The notes under the pieces: generated by a model
Database searches by the model: none
What the model saw: only the letters and a program-made list of their open reading frames with translations
What the model was told of the DNA's origin: nothing
Part shown: piece by piece, positions 55,796-64,000 of the stretch
How positions within the stretch are numbered: position 1 is the first letter of the stretch
Layout: every line of letters begins with the position of its first letter
Position numbers and translations under genes: made by a program
Source of the DNA: Tubiluchus corallicola
Taxonomy: Eukaryota; Animalia; Priapulida
Assembly: GCA_030141605.1 (NCBI GenBank)
Contig: JAQGDQ010000039.1
Coordinates: 186,001 to 250,000 of the forward strand
Length of the DNA stretch: 64,000 bases
Direction: 5' to 3'

Positions 55796-58141
55796 TCTTT
55801 ATTTAAAGTAGCAGTTAACATAGGCTCAAATAGCTTTCTCTTTCTTGTCGACTATAATAACAGTTCAATAGGCTATTAGATGTGATTAATGGTTTTTATT
55901 GCCCAAAATGCCATTGTAGTCATAGTCATAAACCATAATTATCATTACATCATGACTGACTTGACTGACTGACATCATATCATCTACAGCTGAACATCAT
56001 TTTACCTAAAGTAAACTAAGTAATTTGTGCTAATCAAATATCAAAAAATCATAATTATCTGAAGAAACTAACAGAGCAACAAAGACTTGCATTTTTAATT
56101 GCTGATGAGAATTCGTCTGACAAAATTTTAATAGAAATGATTTGAAATATTGTCAAAAACGTCTCTTTTACTACCTTGACTCGAAATGAGGCCGACGGCT
56201 TTTTTACTTAATCTATTCTTGCCCACCTGTTGAAATACAGGCTTAATTTTACGAAAACCAAGCCCTAGCAGGCACCACGAGCGTTTGCACCCAAACCACA
56301 GTGGCCAGATTATCAACGATCTTAAACGCTTATTTTCGTAAAATCGTTACTGCGAGAATCGCAGAATTAAGTGCCGTTTATCAAACTTCTTAGATACGAA
56401 TTTTCGCAAAATGTTTCGCAAAGTTCACAGAAAGCTAGATAAAAAACCACTCACGAATGTTCTTACTAAATCAGTAAGTTTTGTAAGTTCTTACTAAATC
56501 ACATACTTGTTCCATCTAGTGGACAGAACTTAAACTATGTGTTTCTTTTATTCAAATCTGTCTTGCACCTGTTTTGAAGTGTGTTTATATTTACAAATAT
56601 GACAACGTGGACTCAAGTTCTGCATTATCGCGTTATAAGGACGAAAAAAAGACATTTTTAACCGCATAATTGGCCATAACCACATTAATATTGGACTTAC
56701 TAAGACGTAATGCTGGTATGCTTATAGCATTGTCATTTTAAGTGCACTATAGTTTTAGAACACACTCTAGGCATAATTCTTCTTATCGCAAGAATATTAA
56801 AGGAAACGATTCACAGATTACGGATTCGTTTTAGCGCAAAAGTGTTATAATTTACTCAAAATGTTCTAGTAGTGTCATTTGTTTTAGTTAATTTTGTAAT
56901 TTTTTTGTCGTAAGTGACTTTAGTAGTCTATAAACAAAATGTAAACATTGATCTATTTTCATATTGTTATTCATATAATAAACAAGTATTATTAATAGTA
57001 CAAATCCTACTTAGCATTGAAAAGAATTTTTCGATACTCAAGAGTTCAAGAATTCAAGTGTTTATTCATTTCCGCACTGCATCTTACAATTATCATTAAA
57101 ATACAGACAATAGTTCAGTAAAGTAAATGCAAATACAAAGACAATATAGTGCAGATAATAAAAGTAAAGTCATTAGTAGCTAGCATATACACATAATTTT
57201 GATACACACAGTTTGAGCTTAGAAACAAAGCTTGACAGGCTAAACTGTACGCGAAAATCTTATGCTTTGTTGCAACATTAAGTTTGCTTGTTCACTATAC
57301 AACCTGTTCAGGCCTACTACGTACCTATAAATGCCTTATATATTTTAATTCACTAGACTAGAGACGTTTTTATTGTAGTACGTTTTGGGCCTGCATTATG
57401 TAACTCTTTTAGTCAATAAACGATCGATCGATCGATTACTATACATTTTGAACTTTTTATCATTTGTTCAAATAATTTTTAATTTGCTAGTAATTTTTCA
57501 AGGAACTTTCTCAAATAATTTGTTAACTTGATACGACAAGGTTTGCTTGAAGTGCCAGTAATGCCTTTAACTTCGTTAATCTTTAGGTCCTGTATATGTT
57601 ATTAAGTGAACATCACAAATATCTTAAATTTAGGTAAATTTTAGCGTTATCCACTTTTTCATCTTTTTCATATAACACAATACAGGCACCAGCCAAACGA
57701 AAAACGCCCCAAATATTGAGGTTTTCTGATCTTCTGGCTGGTATCTGTATTGTATTCACTACTTTCTTTCGATTTAATGCCTCATATAGTTCTACTCTAC
57801 TCTTTTGTTCTCCCACTCAGCACTATGGGTGTTTGCATTGTGTTCACCCCTTTCTACTGATTAATCACCTGTACAGTTTTATGTGTTTTATGTGTTTGTC
57901 AATCGCTTCCGCCTCGATGGGTTGCATTCTGTTTATCTTGTACCTAACTAATTTGACAATTTTCCAAAATCAGCTGTCATTTCACGTTAAATTTATTTAT
58001 TTTCCATTTTTTTCGTTTATGTTCAAAGTGTTCCAGACAATACAGTCACATTAATAAACTAGTGCAAAAAAACAAAAACTCTATAATTAAGCCTTATCAT
58101 GACACACTCGCGCGAAAAACGAAACATAAAGAAAATGGGTA

Positions 58142-58184
<43 letters not shown>

Positions 58185-58740
58185 TGAACCAGACAAAGTA
58201 TTTGTGTACACTTGCCAACGCCTCTCAGACCATGCTAGTGTAATAGTAACAGTTTTAACAGCTAGCCAGAACGTTACCTAGTTCATTTTTTCTGGTTCCC
58301 AATCAAGATCCTGCTAGTGAATCACCCTACGCACAGACTAATTATGTAAAATCCACTCTGAAGTTGCTGAATTGATGCAGCAAATGGCTTTGCTTTATAT
58401 GCCACATGTCACGTGATGGTTGTAGTTAAAATGCGTTGCTGTGTTACACTTAACCTTTGACCTACAGCAACTGTGCGTGCACACAAAAAAACTATGAAAA
58501 GGCTTATAACTACTATAAACTTAACTGTAAGAAATTTGAATAAACTACATTTGTAACATAACTTGAGAGACTAACTTATTACAATTTGAATTCTCTGGCA
58601 TCTCAAAAAAAACTTTACACTTTGCAAAACATTATGAAAAACATTTATACGATAACTGTTGGCTATTGTCATATGTTAAAGGGAGTATCGTATTTCTGTA
58701 ATAATTATTCTTAAATACAATATTTTATTTTCAGAAAAAA

Positions 58741-58778
58741 CCACTGATGATAGTCATGGAAGCGACTGAAACATTTGA
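58741..58778 (+). ncRNA. Degenerate minimal hammerhead motif (different family)
   Basis: CCA-CUGAUGA-U-AGUC(AUGGAAGC)GACU-GAAA-CA-UU-UGA. Confidence 0.55.
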
Positions 58779-58965
58779 ACAATTAAATTTTTAACTCAAG
58801 TCAATTTATACAATTTAAACGCTTCAAAGCATTTATTATTAAAACAAAATAACTTTTATTAAAAACTTTAATTTACAACCGGTTGTTTACTAACACTATT
58901 GTACACTATACAAACAACAACCAATGGTACACTATACAAACAATTGATTGTTGTTTGTTTAGTGT

Positions 58966-59006
58966 ACCACTGATAATGACAGCTGATTGCTGTGGAAATG
59001 TTCGGT
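58966..59006 (+). ncRNA. Degenerate minimal hammerhead motif
   Basis: ACCA-CUGAUAA-U-GACAGC(UGAUU)GCUGUG-GAAA-UG-UU-CGGU; a few substitutions away from a canonical core. Confidence 0.45.
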
Positions 59007-59143
59007 CATATTTCTTAAACAAATGTAAATTGAAATTTTTAACGTTTCTATAAATTATTCATAGCGTGTTGGCTTATCCATTTTTCTTTTTTCTATATAG
59101 TATGATAGTTTGCTGGTTTCTCTGTGTTTCTCTTCTGCTTCAA

Positions 59144-59160
59144 CTATCCCGGTACAGGAC
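59144..59160 (-). CDS. Candidate distal terminal exon of the LDLa gene (C-PVPG*)
   Basis: Strong acceptor tttattgtttctgcag|; starts GT, completing Cys; TAG stop; minus-strand AATAAA near 58860. Confidence 0.45.
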
Positions 59161-59492
59161 CTGCAGAAACAATAAACCGACTTAACACAATGAACAGTAC
59201 ATAATTAGCATAACGACCACCAGTACTTTTTAGATTTCTCTGAATGAGTATATTCTCGACAGAAGCAGCATCGTCAAGACACTAGAAGCAAATAATTACA
59301 AATTAATATACAGGTGGAATTTACAAGCACGTAGGTCTACAGATTATATGCAGGAAAATTTGAAATGCGTTACTAGAATCAACTAACGTTAAAATTTTAG
59401 GTTAATTCCAGTACAAAGACCTAAGCACAAGGAGCGGCTAGTCATACCATAAGAAAGTCAATGTATAACCTACACTTACAAGTTACTAAAAA

Positions 59493-59906
59493 CAGTGGCA
59501 ACCGCATTTTATAACGACTAGCCTCTATAACGACTTATACCCAGCAATGTTCATGAGCATGGTATGAGGGTAGGAGGGCCATTCGCAAAGTAAGTGCGTG
59601 ATTTAGTCATGAAATCGTTATCCAACTTCACGTGGTCTGATAAGGTTGATGAGAATGAGTTCAGTGAATTGGAGCTGCCACCGCCTCCACTGCCGATGCC
59701 AGTAGAATCCGTTATTTAACACATGATGTTGATGATGTTGCTTGTCCTTGGGATGACGAAGAATAAAAAATGTGCAAAAAGCTACAATAGTGTGATACCG
59801 ATTTCAATACAGGGGCATATGATAACACAATTATAACCCAATGTAGGTAAGTAGGTCCTCGAAATCGGCCAAAAACTTGTTATCGTTATATGAGGATGGC
59901 CCCTAG
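59493..59906. mobile_element. Pogo/Tigger-like internally deleted DNA transposon
   Basis: Left end cagtggcaaccgcattttataacgac..cctctataacgac and right end atcgttatatgaggatggcccct form imperfect TIRs with repeated ataacga motifs. Confidence 0.4.
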
Positions 59907-60992
59907 TCTGGTAGTGTGGACATGTATTACTTCAAGGATAACAGCATCGAATGGACTACTTGCTCTTTCGATTACAGCTAATATGCTTCAAATGAATTAC
60001 TATCCATTTTACATTGCATGTTGTGATGCTACTCGTTTTCCTTAATACGGGAAAACCAATACTTCATTGTCTGACACATGTAGTTAGCCTCACAGCTAGG
60101 GCAAATATTTTTACATTATATAAAAAAGACAAAAGTTATCACGTACTTTAGGAACCGAGACAACCAGCCGTGATTTGTACGTTGCGTTAACAGCAAAATA
60201 AACCCAATATTCTAAGACCCAACATCCAACATGGTAACATTCTTCCAACAATTTCGTGAATTTTTTCGGATGGTGCCGACGATGCTGCTGTGCTGTTCAG
60301 TACAGATAACTATAGTTTGTGCGCGCAATGCGGCTTAAACTATGTTTTATAGTTGTGTAGGCGTACAGTTATCCTATAAGCTATTACACGTTTAATTACC
60401 AAAGTGGCTTGTTCTTTCCTTTAAAACAGGCATTCGTAGGCGACTCTATCTGTAGCAAAAGCGTCATTTGCAAAATAGTCGGTTGCATTCGTTTTCGTAA
60501 TTTTAGTTAGCGTAAACTATTAGTTTACTCAAATAAAAATCGAGTTTGTTATTGATCAACGAAAAACTGGAAAGCCACATGTCCGCCAGTTCAAAAAATA
60601 TTGGACCGAATTCGACCCAGGGGGTCGAACTCCAAGATGGCACGGCGGTCTTGATATTGCGCATCATGAAGACCCATTTTACTATCGTTGTGTAACTGAT
60701 TACTTAAACTACAAATGTCAATTTTAATTACAAATGTTATGCTGATTAACTATATTAATGTCTGTAAACTAGTACCTTATACCTGTTATAGCGTGTCATC
60801 TAACTCTCATAAAACAAAATACACAAAAAAACTACACTGTACGGAGTTTATTAACAGCACTAATAAAAATAAGGAACCAAAATACGTGCACAAAAAAATA
60901 ACTAACTAACTCAGTAACAGCACTACACCCGAGGAGCACCTGTGTCAGAAATCCAGGCTGTAGTGAACTCTACACGCTTTTATACTGGCATT

Positions 60993-61045
60993 TCAGGTCA
61001 GCTGGCTTCTCACATCACGTGTAGGCCCAAACAAGACGTCTGGAC
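60993..61045 (-). CDS. Candidate proximal terminal exon of the LDLa gene (C-PDVLFGPTRDVRSQLT*)
   Basis: cctttcctgtag| acceptor; starts GT, which completes the split Cys codon; TGA stop; AATAAA on the minus strand at 60852-60847. Confidence 0.5.
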
Positions 61046-61201
61046 CTACAGGAAAGGGGTGAGTCGCTACTGACGTGGAAGCAGGGCGTGTACAGGGCCC
61101 TACACCTGACCCGACGCAGGTGCCTCCGTAACAATATTATAAGAATTCCTCTACCTATTATAACACAGCAAAGTGTATAAGTATACAAGAAGGAAACTTA
61201 C

Positions 61202-61312
61202 ATTTTGTCTCGTCCGAATGATCGTCACAGTGACTAGTTCCATCGCAAACATCAACTGGGAGGACGCATCCAGAAAGGTCATCACAAACAAATTGGCCGA
61301 CTGGACACTCCA
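61202..61312 (-). CDS. LDL-receptor class A repeat exon (LECPVGQFVCDDLSGCVLPVDVCDGTSHCDDHSDETK-C)
   Basis: acatag| acceptor and |gtaagt donor; 111 nt; phase 1-1; LDLa consensus with the sixth Cys codon split by the intron. Confidence 0.92.
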
Positions 61313-62550
61313 CTATGTAAAAAATAGGCACATAATAGCTTTTGTAATTTCTGACATATGCCCACACGTTAGGTGCAGAAAGCAAAAGTAGATTTGGTCA
61401 ACTGCGAAATGCCACAATTAGGATAACATTCCGCCAACAATTCCACAAAGTTTGTAGAGGTGGTGCTGATGATTCTATAGTGCTAAATTCAGTTACAAAT
61501 ACCTACAGTTTGTATGTCGCAATGCGCCAGTACACCAGCTATATCTTGTAGCTGTTGAATTTGCCTAATATTATTATTTATCAGTTTACATCGCCATTAT
61601 AACTCTGACAGATTATAACTCTGAGTCAAGAAACCCTAAGAACAGAACTCATCCGTGGAAGAGGAATAATTTCCTTCAGTTCCCGGGTTGATTGCTCTCG
61701 TAATACAACAATCAACGTTATCATTATCAAAATCTGAAACTGCTTTTACCTCATTTAACGTTAATGCTAAGCTGAATGCGATACTTCAACCTGGGAGCTT
61801 ATACAAACAGGATATGAGTCAGTGCACCAATCTTTGTTAAAACGTGATCCTGCTTTACGGAGTTTATCTTGCAAGCAAAGCCCGGGAATTCGCCAGGAAC
61901 CTTACTTCGACTTCTGACGAGATAAGACGTTCTTTTCTTCTTTCGTCACATGTATGATTTTCAGCAAACAATAAAGACCAGCTTCGCTTGCATAGGCTTA
62001 CTTGATTTAGCTTTTTTCCTTGAGATACACCAACTGAACCTCTCTCCCCACTGTTAGTTGAGCATGACAGCTGGAGGAATTGGATGTAAGCCTGTGTACG
62101 TACGTACAAGGCATGTAAGTATTCAATATGATTCGTTAATGACGAAGGGTGTAAGCGCAATAATAAGGGTGTAAGCGCAACAGATCTAACTCTGCAAGTC
62201 TGGTGCATAAAAGGCAACCATATATGAATCATTTTCAGCACACTTGGTTTACATATCTGAAAGCTGAAACCACAGCACATATAAAATATAGAAATTTATT
62301 TCAAGTCACGTAATTAGTTTGCTTCCATGTTTATGCAATATTGTTCTTTACTAAAGGTCTGGTAACCGAAAAAAGAAATAAAGGGAGACTGGAATAGAAG
62401 GACGTAGAAAGAGAGAGAAATTGAAAAAAGGAAATGACGAAAGAAAGAAAGCAGCCAACCAAGAAAAAGCAAACAGAATGGCAAAAGAGAGAAAGAACGA
62501 AAAGTAAAAGAAAAAGAGGAAGTGAAGGAGAAAACGAAAAATCAGCTTAC

Positions 62551-62667
62551 GGCAGAGAGCAGGTGGTCCAGGAGCTTCATCTGATCCATCAAGGCAGTCA
62601 TTCGTCATATCACAGACACCAGTACGAGGGATGCAAGCAGAGTAATCCTCACATAAAAAGTTGTCAC
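62551..62667 (-). CDS. LDL-receptor class A repeat exon (xDNFLCEDYSACIPRTGVCDMTNDCLDGSDEAPGPPALC)
   Basis: gtacag| acceptor and |gtaagc donor; 117 nt; phase 1-1; F.C.....CI.....CD...DC.DGSDE consensus. Confidence 0.9.
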
Positions 62668-62841
62668 CTGTACAACCTATTTAAACACTTCATATGAAAT
62701 TTCTGGCATAGGTCATATTTGTAGTCGTATTTAAAACCTGCTGGGTACTTTTTATACACCGTTTTAAACTGTATATACTTACTAAATTTACTCATGGAAT
62801 AACACAGCCCTTGTATTATTCCACGAGTAATTAGAAGGAGA

Positions 62842-62905
62842 AGGAATGCAAGCAAAATAATCCTCGCATAAGAAGTTGTCACCTGTACAGCCTATTAAAA
62901 CACTT
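62842..62905 (-). pseudogene. Truncated duplicate of the 62667 LDLa exon (acceptor plus DNFLCEDYFACIP)
   Basis: About 64 bp near-identical to 62627-62690, including the acceptor. Homology stops after CIP; the frame then hits TAA with no in-phase donor. Confidence 0.75.
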
Positions 62906-63959
62906 AAGTAATCTTACCATAAATTTTTTTGGTTGAACATCAATGAAATTGAATAAAATACAGACATAGCCGTAATACTGAAATACATATGATAAGGGAG
63001 AATGTTGATGTATTCAGAATAAGCCATCAGAGGCAGGTATCTCACAGATAAGTTCATCAAAGCAACCAGTTTTTTTTCTGTTGCAGTTACATCAACATCC
63101 TTGTTGTGCATTGTTTCCTTCGTATGTATTTTTCCTTGCCTACGTAAAAAAGCTGTATTTAGTTTCAGAAATAAACTGTTTTTGAGTCAGAATACTGTTA
63201 CTAATAACTTGCTACAATACTGATACAATTTTTAGATCGAACATTTTAAGTCGTGCCAAAGAATTTTATATACCCGTTGTAACTAACACTTTCTTTTATA
63301 TAAGCGTATTATGTTTCTATAAACTAAGACTGTGCGTTTTTTACTTGTGCCTTATTTTTGTTCTTGTTTTATGGACTTTAAATGTCTGAAATAAAATAAA
63401 CAATAAAAAATAATAGTATGGCAAAAACTACGCGGTAAATACAGTAGCAACAAGTGAGAATCCAAAGAAAATAAAATTGATGGAACTGAATTATTTCTCA
63501 ATTCTGCTTAACTCATTTAATTATTTATTATGAGATTATTGTAGTAAGCATTATAAAATAATCAATATAAAAGTCACAAAAGACCAAATTAATGACATAA
63601 AAGCATATTTGTAAAGCTAGATTAGAGTTAAACAAATAAAATATTTTCTACTGCAGTTTTGTAGACACACCATTCGTCTAGGTACATACATTGTTATTAA
63701 TGTGTATGCATACAATCCATTCAAAGATATTTACTTAAATTCATAAAACATTTACACATGGCAGGAAACAATGATTTATAATAGATTTCCAGTTCATATA
63801 GCTTGATTGAGCCAGATACTTTCTGTTGACAATGGTAAACGATTGTGCACGTTTTACGACTGTTTGGTGGAAATTTTGGCGAATATTTAGCGACTGTTGG
63901 ACCATTAAGTTCTTCTAGGTTTTGAAACTGGCTGCAGATTGTAAGTACACACATGTATA

Positions 63960-63990
<31 letters not shown>

Positions 63991-64000
63991 TATGTGTTAA

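Noticed and set aside
56128-56316. THAP-like zinc finger remnant
   Set aside because: Only loose similarity (FGC...NHF); key Cys/Trp/Pro residues are missing
63821-63931. Possible further exon of the LDLa gene (QFQNLEELNGPTVAK...CTIVYHCQQK)
   Set aside because: The acceptor is plausible but the donor is weak, the phase does not match the phase-1 LDLa exon, and no domain is recognisable

Overview
AT-rich, repeat-dense animal (invertebrate-type) genomic DNA with spliceosomal GT-AG introns. The window holds three protein-coding loci, all on the minus strand. (1) An SLC7 cationic-amino-acid-transporter (CAT) family gene has six phase-consistent coding exons (38489-38375, 19803-19684, 15843-15539, 2663-2523, 1271-1137, 613-<1), runs off the left edge, and has a likely 5'UTR exon and promoter near 46.0-46.1 kb. 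(2) An intronless LRAT/NC-domain (permuted NlpC/P60) pseudogene is nested in the first CAT coding intron (28336-27881). (3) The 3' end of a gene with LDL-receptor class A repeats lies at 62667-59144, with two candidate alternative terminal exons and a truncated duplicate exon. The rest is LINE fragments, tRNA-derived SINE-like heads, MITE- and Helentron-like elements, and long microsatellites. The most notable signals are fold-back (palindromic) elements carrying Penelope-type minimal hammerhead ribozyme cores, and non-canonical substrate-site residues in the CAT transporter. Almost all ORFs in the supplied track are spurious. All alignments were done by eye and coordinates of repeats are approximate.
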